Shown here: piece after piece, positions 43,188 to 56,450 of the stretch
Numbering within the stretch: position 1 is the first letter of the stretch
How the letters are laid out: the number at the start of each line of letters is the position of its first letter
Assembly (NCBI GenBank): GCA_964016885.1
Contig: OZ024743.1
Location: 290,594,001 to 290,658,000 of the forward strand
Reading direction: 5' to 3'
Origin: Eledone cirrhosa
Taxonomy: Eukaryota
DNA length: 64,000 nucleotides
Translations under genes and position numbers: made by a program
Notes under the pieces: model-generated
Database searches by the model: none
Told to the model about the DNA's origin: nothing
What the model saw: the letters and a program-made list of their open reading frames with translations, nothing else

Positions 43188-43380
43188 TATATTGTTGGAG
43201 GGTCATGCAGCCAATAAAAACACACGCATCTAACTGTTTATAAGTTTCTGGTTGGTCGGTCAGTTTGTTCGATAACCGGATGGTTGTTTATATATTGACA
43301 ACGCATTTTCATCACACATTATGTGACCTCCTCAGTGATTAGGTTTTTATTTTGTGTCTCTCCTTTGTTCTCCCTACACC
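43188..43380 (-). mobile_element. older family-A-related PLE 3' terminus with HHR core
   Basis: ttggagggtcatgcagccaataaaaacacacgc; minus strand CTGAGGA-ggtcacataatgtgtgat-GAAA at ~43305-43340. Confidence 0.72.
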
Positions 43381-43805
43381 CTGGAGAGATACAAAATAAA
43401 CGAAAGCATCTTATTCGGTATGCTGAACGAAATCAATACCTTTGTTAACACTTTGATATTCCCCGACAACAATCTGGATTTGTTCTTTCCTCTGCTGGAG
43501 AAGGAACACGTGACAGCGACGCAGAAAGGAAACCTGTTGATAACGTATCTCCGCGTTTCGGCCTACAAATACCACAAACTTGCATATTGCGCAAGTCGGA
43601 TGGTACATTTTGATTTCACAGAAAACGATTGAGGATATTGTATATTTAACTCGAGGTTTGTTATTTCACATGATTGTATTTTCGTTGTTGTGGTGGCTTC
43701 GGATTCTGTGGCTTTGTCCCCTTAACCACAGTTTTCAATTTGTCACTCTATTTAACATATGTGTTATTACTCTAATGTGTAACCTATCGATTTATAGATA
43801 CATTC

Positions 43806-43942
43806 TTCTCGATTGTTGGCCGACTGCCACAACTTCGATATACTAACACAACTTCCACTCTCCATCTCTCTCAGAGAGAGAGATGGAGAGTGGAAGTTGT
43901 GTTAGTATATCGAAGTTGTGGCAGTCGGCCAACAATCGAGAA
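43806..43942. repeat. perfect hairpin, 67-bp arms, 3-nt spacer
   Basis: ttctcgattgttggccg..atctctctc aga gagagagat..cggccaacaatcgagaa. Confidence 0.92.
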
Positions 43943-44010
43943 TTTGTTTATATATATATATATAAACAAATTAACTAGAAAATAGAGTTTTGAGACGCGA
44001 GTGTATTAGG

Positions 44011-44451
44011 ATTCTTAGTAAATGTGAAAACTCGGCGTATGGGAGCTGATACAACAACAACATACCTCTGAAGCTGCGTTGGGTAAAAAATTACCTCGAA
44101 GGAGAGAGATCAGTGGCTCGATGTGAGTTGACACGAAGAAGGGAAGAGAAGATAGAAAGGAGGAAAAAGAATAGATGAAAGCGAACAGGTCACAAACATT
44201 AAAATATGTTCTTCAGATCTTAACTCCCTGCAGATTCGACGAATTAATTCTGAAGAACATATATTAATGTTTGTAACCTGTTCGCTTTCATCCATTCTTT
44301 TTCCTCCTTCCTATCTTCTCTTCCTTCCTTCGACTCAACTCACATCGAGCCGATGATCTCTGTCCTTCGAGGTAATAAATTACCCAACGCAGTTTCGACG
44401 GTATTTTGCTGGTGTAACAGCTCCCATTAGCTGAATTTTCAATTTTCCTGA

Positions 44452-44453
<2 letters not shown>
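44011..44453. repeat. older diverged inverted repeat (~205-bp arms), probable PLE end
   Basis: Arms 44011-44217 and ~44248-44453 are imperfect reverse complements, bounded by (TA)n. Confidence 0.75.
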
Positions 44454-44485
<32 letters not shown>

Positions 44486-44580
44486 ATGAGAATACTGGAG
44501 CGTGTTTAAGTCAAACACCCTCTTCGTATTATAGAAATGACAGTAAAAGGTATAGCTCAATGCAGTTAAACATTACTCTC

Positions 44581-44664
<84 letters not shown>

Positions 44665-44894
44665 CATCTATGTATGTGTGCCTGTTCTTATTGCCTTCCT
44701 GATCCATGTCATTGTCATATATATTTAAAGCAAATTTTCTTGGATTCACTGCTTTGAAGACGTGGTACAATTTCTTCAAACCATCCAATTGATATACAAT
44801 TTAGAGAACTTTGATGGTATATTATGCAATATCATAGAATTGAAAATTATATATGTGAAGGCATTCAGAAATACAGGGTATATTATATATATAC

Positions 44895-45004
<110 letters not shown>

Positions 45005-45964
45005 ATACCTATCTATCTATCTCTCTCTCTCTATATATATCATTTGATGTAGCTCAGAATAAGTATAAACAGGATTTGAAGACTTCCGCTTATAGTTGAC
45101 CCTCACTAAATAATTTCACATAAACTGAATGTATATATTTATCAATAAGATAAAGTCGCTAACACACTTTGATTGTATAGTAATAAGCACATGCTTTGGA
45201 TCATGGCTATGTTTCTGTGATCACAATTGCTTATATGTTATAAACTATCATTTGCCTTTGTGTTTTATGATACACAATAACTAGCTACATTGTTTTAGCA
45301 AAGAAATTGTGAGACATATCTCAATTATTGAAGGCTGAACTTTAGGGCATACATATCAAGAGTTAAGTTTCCACGTTTGATGTTGGATAATTATGCAATA
45401 ATTCTTCTTAGGTATTGATATTGATAAACCTCTCTAATATATAAACTCTTCGCTGAAAAAAGGTAGATATGTGTAGTACATTATTGCGTTGAAAAAAAAA
45501 TCAAATATTTTTATCTCAGTAGAAATATATTAATCCAAGACATCAGCCAGAAATGCTTTTTCTAAGGTTTATAACATTCCTTAGTATTTCACGCAAATCA
45601 GATGCTAAGTTAACAATTACATGTAGGCGGTCATGGATTAATCGCAAAATGGATTTTAAATTTCATGTCTGCAAAAGTACGATATCTAGGTTTGATATGG
45701 TTTCAGCAATATAGTTTAGAGAGTAATGACGAAAATCCAAAGATATAGGCTACAGTGACCTTTATATTTTAAACTGATACCTGGGATCGACAAGTAGGAT
45801 ATTTTTTGTTCGACTTCAAAGCATGTACGATGGGGCGTACAACGAATTACAATATATGAAACAAAATTTGGCGAATATTTACTATTAGCTCCAATATCAC
45901 ATATGTTAAAACAAAAAACAAAACCAATAACGAAGAGTGCAGTACAAAGTGTTAGTATTAGGTT

Positions 45965-48770
45965 CAAGCTTGATAGTGCGGGGTGGGGGACGACGTTTTG
46001 GGCATAAGCCCTTCATCAGGAGAAAAGGGGGAAGGGAAAGTGTTCCGAGGCTGTGAGGGGGAGTGGTGGAAAGACATTAAAAGAGAAGGAAAATAAATTA
46101 AAACGAGGGTAAAAAAATGAAGATGAAACAAGTGGTGAAAGGGTTTGAGGCGTGTAGGGTGGTGGTGGGTCAAATGAAGGGGGGGGATAACCGGATCCGA
46201 ACGGGGATGGCGGAAGGTGGTGTGTGTGTATGTGTGTAGGTTACGTGTGTGTGTGTGTGTGTATGCGTGAGCGTGAGAGTTTGGGGGAGAACGATGTTCC
46301 ATGTTCGGGTAGGAAACCAGTGTGTACATGTGGTGTACGTCAGTATGTGTGCGTGTGGATGCAGATAGGTCAGTGGGGTGGGGGAGAGGGGGCGGGCGGA
46401 GTCCGGAAGACGAGTAGTCTATGTGAGGATACGTACGTGTGTGTGTTTTTTGTGTGGTGTGCATACGTGGGAACGTATGGTTGCGTGTGTGCGAAAATAG
46501 TGTAAGTGTTTGTGTGTGTGTTACTGGATGTTTTCCCGGTGAGTGAATGGAGAGATGGTGAAAAATCCGAGTATAAGAAGGTGGATGTCTGGAGCGTGTG
46601 ACCAGTGGTGTAGAATCCGTGGACTGATGCGGAGGAAATAGAAAGTTGTGGGGTGCGCGTACAACAGGAAGTGGTCATGAAGGACAAGGCAGGCATTGGA
46701 GAAAGCAGGTCGAAGGATGCGAAAGAGAGGAGATAGCAGTTGCAAGTTGACAGACAGGCGAGTGGTAGGGATGGTATGTATGTGTGTGAGGAATGTGTGT
46801 ATGTTGTGTGCGGAGGTGTGGTGGACAGGAGAGGAGATGGGTTAGTGTGAAAAGTTAAGGGAGAAGGTGGTGGTGTGTGTGGGGGTGTATATTAGAGGAG
46901 ATGTTGGTAGGATGTGGGGTGTGTTGGTAGTTCGGGGGGAGAGAGAGAAGGTGCTGGGGACAGTATGAGTGAGTCTAATGTAGTGGTGTGTGTGTGCGCG
47001 TTTGGGTATGAGTGTGTGAGTGGTAGGGTGGGTGTTAGTATTATTAGTGGTGGGGGGTCGCATACGGGTGTGTGGGTTGGTGTTAGTGGTGGAAGTGTGG
47101 GTGTGGAGTAGGTGGTGTATCAGTGTGTACGTGGGTGTGGATGAGTGTATTTATACTGGTGTGTGTTCGTGTGGGTGGTGAGAAGAATGGTGGGTTGGGG
47201 GTATGTTTAGTATTATTAGTGGTGGATTCGTCGGATGTGGATATGTATGTGGGGGTTAGTGGTGGTAGTAGGGTATATGAATAGTGTAAGTGAGTGTATA
47301 TATGTATTGGTGTGTATGTGTTGAGGGTGTCAGTGCGCGTGTGATAGGGAGAGGGTTTGGGGTGTGTTAGTATTATTAGTTGTGGAGTGGACCAAGGGGG
47401 TGGAGGTGGCTGGAACTGGATGGGAAGGTGAATCTTGGGAGTGTTTAAGTGGTGTTAGTAGGGGGTGTGTAGCGGAGGACGACGACCGAAGGCTGAAGAA
47501 AGAAGGGTGGAAGTTCAGGTCGGAAGGTGTGTAGGTCTGTAGGGTTAAGATGATGCGCTGTTCGGCCCTAAGGTGGGTTGCGAGGGACCCATGGCATTCG
47601 ATCAGGCTACAGACGGTGAGGTTGTTGGCGGAGTATCCGGTGGAGCCAAAGTGGCGGACGATGGGGGAACTCAAGCCGAGACGAGAGTGGCCGTTGGGAC
47701 CGTGGAAGGTGGTGGTGGTGTTGGAAATGTGGGCGCAGGTGTGGCAGCGAGGTCTGGAGCAGGGAAGGTAACCGGGGAAAAAAGGGGTTGGGGGTAGGGA
47801 ACTGTGGACGAGGAGGTTGCGGAGGTTGCGCGCGCGTTGAAGGTTGGGAGATGTGGGGATAGGAAGATGATTGAGGTGGAGGAGTTGGGCTGGAGGCGCC
47901 GGAAGAGGCGGAAGATGGTGCGGTGGATGGGTAGGGTGGAGGGGTTCTATGTGAGGGGGGAAGCGGAGACGGTGGGTGGGTGCGCTGGGGCGTGGGAATG
48001 AATTCGGTGGAGCGGCGGACTACGCGGGCGCGAGTGAGGGCGGCGTGGACAAAGGAAGGGAATGCCTCTCCGTATGAAATGGTTAACCAAAGACAGGGCC
48101 TGAGTCTCGAAATCAGTATCTCGGCTGCAGAGGCGGCGGATCCGGAGGAGCTGGGAGTAGGGAATGGAGTGTTTGGTGTGTGCAGGGTGGGAGGATGTGA
48201 AGTCGAGGTATGAGTGGGAGTCGGTGGGTTTGAAGAAGGCGGAGGTGACGAGGGAGCGGTGAGAGGGGTCGAAAGTGACGGAGATATCCAAGAAGTGGAC
48301 GTGAATGGAGGGGTGGAAGGAGCAGAAGAAGGAGAGAAAAGAGTCTGGATGTTCTCAGGCGAGGGTTGTGGCTCCGATTCAGTCGTCGATCTACCGACCG
48401 TACTGTTCGGGCGTGGGGCCGGTGTATTGGGCAAATATTTGGGCCTCAAATGGCCAACGAAAAGGTTGGCATAGTTGGACCCCATTCTTTTGCCCATAGC
48501 TACCCTAGTAATCTGCTGGAAAAATTCACCCGAGAAGGAGAAGCAGTTAATGGTGAAGACTAGCTCGGCGAGGCGAAGGGAGGTGGGGTGGAGCGGACGG
48601 AGGAGGGGCGACAATCGAGGTAGTGGCGGAGGGCGCGTAGGTCGTCGCCATCAGGAATGACGGTGTAAAGAGACTTAATGTCTAGGGTGAATTGGAGGGG
48701 TTTGGGCCGGGTGGGAAGGTAAGGGAGTCAAACAGGCGAAGGGCGTGGCTGGTGTCGAAGATTTGGTTGA
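45965..48770 (-). mobile_element. decayed GC-rich Poseidon-type PLE, 5'-truncated, ~1.5-kb 3' UTR
   Basis: DTSHALRLF, LRLAELVFTINCFSF..VAMGKRMGSNYANLFVG, KPTDSHSYLDFTSSHP..SIPYSQLLRIRRLCS, AEQRIILTLQT..LN. Confidence 0.88.
45983..46025 (-). ncRNA. Poseidon-type minimal HHR, G12 mutated
   Basis: CTGATGA-a ggg cttatg ccc-aAAA-cgtcg-TC. Confidence 0.6.
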
Positions 48771-49084
48771 CATATATTTTGAATGAACCGCATAGACATC
48801 TTTAGTATGTTGACATATTTCTTTATTCTCCGAACACTGTAGTAACTGCCACACATTAGCCACTAGCTTGCCAGCGCGAGCGTTCAGATAATATATGCCT
48901 GCCGTAATCTAAAATGCCAACACATCTTCTACACAAACACATGACGGCAATCCATTGGATAACTGGTACGTAATGATATGTTGACATCTTTTCAATCTCC
49001 ATAACAGGGCTGATGTAATAAACTGAAGTTGAATATGTGGAAACCGTCTACCTTCATTTTCTCTGCCTCTATCTTGATATCTTG

Positions 49085-49186
<102 letters not shown>

Positions 49187-49760
49187 ACATATATAACATA
49201 TATACAATTCTCTCTATATGAATATATATGTTGATGTACGCTAAGGTAAGTAACTCTGATTAACTCATATTTATAGTGTTGTTGACTGTATCATTGTTGC
49301 CGTCACACGATTGCCATGATTACAAACGTTATTTTTTCAAAACTCAAGAAAGTGTTTAAATGTGAGTTTGAAAGCAGGGGCAAGCGAAAGGATTTCCAGT
49401 GAGATTTCTTCGACAAAATCTTCATAAAGTTTAAATACACAAAAGTCTCTGATATTCAAATGATTAAATATCACTAGAATGGCACCTAACACGCATGAAC
49501 TGGTTGCGACCAGTCATCATCAGAGTGTACAACGTTATGGGCCGAAACACATTCTTAAAGTGAGTTCCTTCTCTAGACAACTTCTGCTACCCAAATCTTC
49601 TGAGAGGGTATAGCCACACGCACACGCCTGTGTATATATATAAATATATCGTTTTCGGTGCACCCGGCCGATTAACGCACTCGATATGCAAATTGGACTA
49701 CTCAGCCGTTAATATGCATAAGGTAAGTATATACGTTCAATAATCTGGCAGGAAGGTATA

Positions 49761-49801
49761 CATTGCTGACGATAGCTAATAAGGTTGAAACTAGTACAGC
49801 G
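49761..49801 (+). ncRNA. minimal hammerhead, unit 1
   Basis: cattg-CTGACGA-tagctaataaggtt-GAAA-ctag-TA-cagcg. Confidence 0.75.
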
Positions 49802-50180
49802 TTCCTTTTTCAGTGTTGAACAAACGAGCAACGATGGTTGCTAGACACTACGGCTTAATACGGGATGTTTGTTTACAAACACACCGAACATTATAATAAA
49901 TGTTCGGTGAATCCATACGTACATATATATATGTGTGCATGTATGTATATATATATACATACTACTGTACGTCTGTATACATATCTGTATGTACGTGTAC
50001 ATACTTATATTTAAGTAACAGCCGTACTAAGAGTGGGAAATTAAATTTCGTTTCATTTTTTCCGTTTATCGTTTTCGGTGCACCCGGCCGATTAACCCAC
50101 TCGATATGCAAATTGGGCTACTCAGTCGTTAATATGCATAAGGTAAGTATATACGTACAACAATCTGGCATGAAGGTATA

Positions 50181-50221
50181 CGTTGCTGACGATAGCTAAT
50201 AAGCTTGAAACTAGTACAGCA
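50181..50221 (+). ncRNA. minimal hammerhead, unit 2
   Basis: cgttg-CTGACGA-t agct aata agct t-GAAA-ctag-TA-cagca. Confidence 0.82.
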
Positions 50222-50540
50222 TTCCTTTGTCAGTGTTGAACAAACGAGCAATGATGGTTGCTAGACACTACGGCTTAATACGGGATGTTTGTTTACAAAC
50301 ACACCGAGCATTATAATAAATGTTCGGTGAATCCATACGTACATATATATATATATGTGTGCATGTATTTATATATATACACATACTACTGTACCTCTGT
50401 ATACATATATGTATGTACGTGTACATACTTATATTTAAGTAACAGCCGTACTAAGAGTGGGAAATGAAATTTCGTTTCATTTCTTCCCTTTATATAAATA
50501 TAGATATATATATATACAGTATATATATATATATATATAT

Positions 50541-50590
<50 letters not shown>

Positions 50591-50669
50591 ATACAGAGAG
50601 AGAGTGTTTGTGTGAGAGATAGAGAGAGTGCGTGTGTGTGTGAGAGAGAGAGAGAGAAATAGATTGAAA

Positions 50670-50712
<43 letters not shown>

Positions 50713-52028
50713 TATGTATGTGTATGGTAATGCCCTGTCAGGAAAGCTGGGCAGTAGAATTCTCCGTAGAAGAAACCCACCTTAAGGAAGTTTTTTCGGC
50801 CCATGACTTCTTACACATATCGTATTCATTCACTCACACACGCATATATATATGTGTGTGTGTGTGTGTGCGCGCGTCTGTATATACGTCTGTGAGTGGA
50901 TACGATATGTGCAGGAAGATTATAACAAAGAAATATAGAGCAAGATATATTTCTATATGATAGTGATACACAATACAGCTTCGTAAACGAGTTTCGGAGA
51001 TTAATGGATGTTTCCATTTATGGAAAGAAGAAAAAGGATCCGTCTGAATTGTAATTTCTCTTTCACATTATCCGTGAACCTTACCTTAAAGCAATCCTTC
51101 ATTCTCTTCTCTAGTTCTTTGTATTCGAAAATCTGAAAACCCGCACGTGTTCTTATCAAATTAACATGAATATAATATTATACGTGGTCTTATATGCATA
51201 TTAACCTGAAACCTATCCATATGTTATATACGTCAGCTGTCAAAAGTCACTTGCATTTCATTTTCTATTATAGGAATATTTCCGAAGAAGTTACTAGAGT
51301 GTTAGAAAATACAGTAACGTTTAAAACTTAATTTGTAATCGAAACAGTACGGGTTTAACTTGTCGTTTTACATTTGCGTTGGGATCTGTAAATTGTTGTA
51401 AGGCAAATTATTTTCTGGATAAAATAGTTGACACGTTGTAAAATATTTGGGCTATTTGTCTTTACTGTCCTCTGATTTCGAAGAACTCTTAGTTCAATTT
51501 TACTCTTCACCCTTCCCATGCGGATGAATATATTTACAATCAAGCTGTAATGGATTTGCAGAAATGGTACTGAGCCATATCGTTTCCGGATCTTTTAGGT
51601 TTGCGTTCAAAATCTGGGCCAGCTCCAAACGTTTAACCTTATAGAAGTAACATATACGTAATTAATCCTATACATACTACTTTATCCGTACAAACGAATT
51701 TCCGTGTAGCTGTGAAGATAGCCACGCTTTTAAGAGTGAATTTTATAACGTTTACGACGTCGTGTTGATTAAGTCAGCAATATCCAATATTCCCTATATA
51801 AACTATATTTTATATAGCAACATATAAGTTGTATTTGACCACATAGAATTTATTTATTCTTTATGGTGCCGTTGTAAGTAGACGGAGCAGTAGATAATTT
51901 ATTGGGTATTGGAATACCCTACAATTTTGTCTTTGTTGCCTTAATTTACTGACAGTCCAAATTTATCGTAACCGTGTAATGCTTGTTTATGAAGTATAAT
52001 GTATCTCGCTTCATTATATGCTTTTACA

Positions 52029-52062
<34 letters not shown>

Positions 52063-52064
<2 letters not shown>

Positions 52065-52980
52065 TTGGAGAGGGTCATATTTGTGTAATATTGCCAGAAT
52101 TAATAACCAAACACACTCACTGTTTGGTTGGTTTTCGCTTTTCGCTTCTGTGTCTTTTATATCGGGTAATTTAATTTACTCGGTCCTCAATGTTGCCATT
52201 GACTGACCAACAGTCAAAAATACAGATACATATAGACACAAACACATATATATAGTCTATCAAAGTTCTCTCGTTGCACATCTGCAACATCGTCAGTGGT
52301 GCTCTTGTTTCCTCCCGTTGCATTGTATTTTCTTCGCCATCTTTATTTAGTCTGTTTATATATTTATTTATTTGTTTATTTTATTTGTTTGTCTTCTTTG
52401 CGCATGCGTTTGCGTGTGTGTATAGTGTTTTGTTTGATGTGTGTTCGTGATTGGGTGACTGTGTATTGGTTAATGTATTCTATATTTACTAGTGTGTGTT
52501 TATATGTGTTTGTTGTTATTGTGCTTGTGTGTGTATTTATTTATTTATCTATTTATTTATTTATTTATAATTCTCTTAGGTCAGTGTTGTTTGTTTGGGT
52601 GTTGTTATTCCATTCATTTTTTCTGTTTAGCATTGGCCTTCTAAGTTCTATTTCACTGGCCTCTCTGATTTGCCTGTCTGCTGGGTCATTTCTATGTTTA
52701 GATAGTATTCTAATTTCTATGTTGTCTATGTTACCGTCATGTTGTTTTCTGGCATGTTCGGAAAGTAGTGAGCCGTTTTTTCGTCCTCTTAGTTTCCCCC
52801 AGTTTTTGTCTATTCTTTCACTAATGCTACGAGCTGTCTCGCCTATGTATCTTGTTATCATGTTTCTGTTATTCATTCTGACAATCTTACACAAATATGA
52901 CCCTCCCGAAGTATAATAATATTTGTTTCGACACACGATTTCATATCAAAAACCCCGCAAAACTAAATTTTCAATTCGGT
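52063..52980 (-). mobile_element. 5'-truncated family-A-related PLE: GIY-YIG end (52565-~52860), 3' UTR and short inverted terminus with tail
   Basis: RYIGETARSISERI..RQIREA..LNRKNEW. HHR CTGACGA..GAgA at ~52262-52300. ~52860-52915 mirrors 52063-52115. Confidence 0.85.
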
Positions 52981-53031
52981 ATTTGTGCCAAGCTTTATAG
53001 CCATGGATCATGAGTAATATGTGTATATACG

Positions 53032-53105
<74 letters not shown>

Positions 53106-53249
53106 TATATATATATGTAAAAGTTCTTTTTAAATTGTTGGGATACAACAAGCAAACATTTTTATGACTGATATAAAGCACTCAACAAATAATTGGAGTA
53201 GAAATACGATATTAACAAATGGAAACTATATTTATAAAACCATATTTAT

Positions 53250-53310
53250 TTCATTATACATATTTCAAGGACACCAAGTTAAATTATGGTGTGCTTTCAT
53301 CAGATATAAT
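53250..53310 (-). ncRNA. hammerhead in 3' pLTR of family D
   Basis: CTGATGA-aag c acacca..tggtgt c ctt-GAAA-tatgta-TA. Confidence 0.7.
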
Positions 53311-56184
53311 ATAATATAGAGCAGTTTTATAAATAAATATTGACATACCCTTAAAGAATACAACCATTATTGTTGGAAGCTCCCGGTTAGTGGAGTCATA
53401 TCTTTAATTATACTATTAGGTAAGTTAGTATTGGATATTTTAAAATAAGCCGTTGGGTTACGGAGAAAGAGAAAGAGAGAGAGAGAAGAAGAAGAGAGAG
53501 AAAAAAGAAAGAGAAAAAAGAAAAGAGAGAGAGAGAGAGGAGGAAGAGAAAGGAGAGAGAGCGAAAACTGTAAGTGATAGGTTGTTGAGTTATCTTATCA
53601 TTTGAGATGAAATGAATAAATAAAATTAGAAATGTAAATAATCATGAATGGAAGATACATATATAATATGAGAATTTTAACCATTGTTTAAATATGATTA
53701 AATGTTTAGTTAATCAATTAAAATATTGAGATCAATACATTAAAAATTGAGATCTATATATTAAGAAATCTATATATTATTATTAAGACTATATATTATT
53801 AAACATCTATATATTATTAGAAGAATATAACACATATACACACGCAAATATACATACATATAAATATATATACATATCTATCTACTATATAATATATAGA
53901 TACAAAATATAAAGGATTTTGTAATTTAACATATAGGAATCTTATAAAATCTTATAAAATTATTTCTATGTAATATCAAAGCAGCGTGAAGGAAAATTAC
54001 GTTATTTAGTTATATAAATGTTACAACTGTGAAGATATTAAAGGAAATTTTAACACTTTATGTTATTATACACATTTTGTTTATATAAGTTTTGTATTTA
54101 ATAAGATTACCTGTTATGTAGTTATGACTGTTATTATATATGTTTATTTGTCACGAACCCTAGGATAATCCTTATAATTAAGTGCAATCGAATTGTATGC
54201 ATATACATGTATATATATATATATACATACACAATTCCCACATATACATACATAGACGTACCCACACAAATAGATAGATATGCATCACATATATATATAC
54301 ATACAGATACACATACACACATAAATATATGTACATGTACATCAATACATACATATATATATACACAAATATAGAGAGAGAAATAGATATATAAATACAG
54401 TACATAGTATAATTAAAGTACATAAAATACAAAAGAATTATATTACGATTTGGAAATATAATTATAAGCAATATAACTTTAAAGCAATATAACTTTAAAA
54501 ATATTATAGAATATTTTATGTTATAATTTTAAAATAATAATATGTTTAATAAATTTAGTATAAAATGTTCTACGTATATTTAACTTAATTTTATATCCAT
54601 AAGAGAAAATGAAAGAAACTTTCAAAAGAGAAACTTTCGAAAATAGGAGAAACTATCAAAAAAATATTTTCCCCTTTTAAGAGCTTTCAGTACATTTCTC
54701 TAGAAGAGTTTATTATATTTATTTATATTTAGGAAGAAAAGTGTTTTTTACTTGAGTGTATAAGCAGTAAAAAATGAAGGAATCTAATGATTTATCGATA
54801 GGTTCAATATATTAATAGAATTAATTAATTAATTATAAATTATATTTTAAATTTATATTTAAACGTTGAGTTTAATCTATGTCTACAGCAACTCAATACA
54901 TTGTTCCTTAGGTTCGGGGAATTTTTTGGTCTTTAATATAAATAATATTTCCTCTATACAAAGATAACAATTTTCTGAAGAGGAGTTAAAAGGAGTAGCT
55001 TTTGAAATAATATTCTAAATCAACGAATATTCAACGTTCTTTAGTTTGAGGTCCCATAATAAGCTAAATAGAGAAGTTGAAGATTTTTTGTTTGGATTCG
55101 TAAAATAATTTTTATGATTATTGAAACGGGTTTTAAACTCTGTGGAAGTGGATCACACATAATTAAATGAATTTAAATTAGTTTTTACATTACAATTATA
55201 TACTAGATTTTTAGCTAAGCAATTGTTATTTAACGGACAGTTAGATTTATTTCTACAGTTACATTTATCAAATTGGATATTGCTTGGATTATTAGTGGTA
55301 TTTTGGTTAGGTTTTAAATTTCTATTATTAATTCTATTAATATTTTGCGCTAAATTTTTGGTGGAAGAACAAGTTAATTTTATAGTATGTCTATTAAAAA
55401 TTGAGTAATAATCTGTGTTCTAGGGAAGCATTTGTCAAGAGCTTTAAAAATAGTTTAGCAATAGGGGTTTTAATATTTAATGAGAAAGGAGGAGCGAACC
55501 ATAATATATTCCTAGTTCTATTACTTTTTTTTGTTTTCGGAATTATTGTAAGGTTTTCTATTATAGTTGTTAAAATTGTTAAAATAGTTAAAATTGTTAA
55601 GATTATGGTTAGTTGTTATATCATTATTGTCAATGTATTTAATTTTATTTCTGTACCCAGCTCTACCTAACGCTTCGTTGTAATAATGTGCTTTTTCATC
55701 AAATATATTCTTATTATTTGAAATTCTCAAAATTCGTTCCTGTACAGAGTTCACTATAGTATTTTTAACGGATCTGGGGTGATTAGAGTTAACATTGACG
55801 TAGTTTAAGTTCTCATTTAGTTTGTGAAATGGATAATGAAGACATGTGTTAAGGTTTAGTGTTACATCTAGAATGTTAACTATTTTATGGTTATTCTCTA
55901 TTTCTACTTTTAGATTACGGTAATTAAAAAAATGTATAATTTGTTTTCTTTTTCTATTTAGTTCACAGTTATTATTTTCTATAAGTAAAAGCATTTTCTC
56001 TCTCTTGTTCTTCTCTATCTCTCTCTCTCTCTCTTTCTCCGTAACCCAACGGCTTATTTCAAAATATCCAATACTAACTTACCTAATAGTATAATTAAAG
56101 ATATAACTTCACTATGCGGGAGCTTCCAACCGTAATGGTTGCATTCTTAAGGGTATGTCAATATTTAAAACTGCTCTATATTAT

Positions 56185-56247
56185 ATTTTATCTGATGAAA
56201 GCACACCATAATTTAACTTGGTATCCTTGAATTATGTATAATAAAAT
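56185..56247 (+). ncRNA. hammerhead in inverted pLTR of family D (GAAA->GAAT)
   Basis: attttat-CTGATGA-aagcacacca..tggtatcctt-GAAt-tatgta-TA-ataaaat, with a 7-bp stem I. Confidence 0.65.
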
Positions 56248-56307
56248 AAATATGGTTTTATAAATATAGTTTCCATTTGTTAATATCGTATATATATATA
56301 TATATAT

Positions 56308-56405
<98 letters not shown>

Positions 56406-56409
56406 TTAT

Positions 56410-56450
56410 CTACAGGACTAGAAATGTTTCATTCGCATAAAATCATCAGG
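56410..56450 (-). mobile_element. single arm of the HHR palindrome family
   Basis: ctacaggactagaaatgtttcattcgcataaaatcatcagg. Confidence 0.65.

Larger units (their letters stand above)
49647..50490 (+). mobile_element. non-coding tandem dimer, 420-bp period, one HHR per unit (retrozyme-like)
   Basis: tatcgttttcggtgcacccggccg occurs at 49647 and 50067. Confidence 0.85.
53203..56290 (-). mobile_element. decayed 5'-truncated Naiad-type PLE (family D) with inverted pLTR
   Basis: IVNILDVTLNL..YVNVNSNHP, CNCRNKSNCPLNNNC, CYLC, SCCRH; 53203-53490 mirrors ~56000-56290. Confidence 0.85.
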
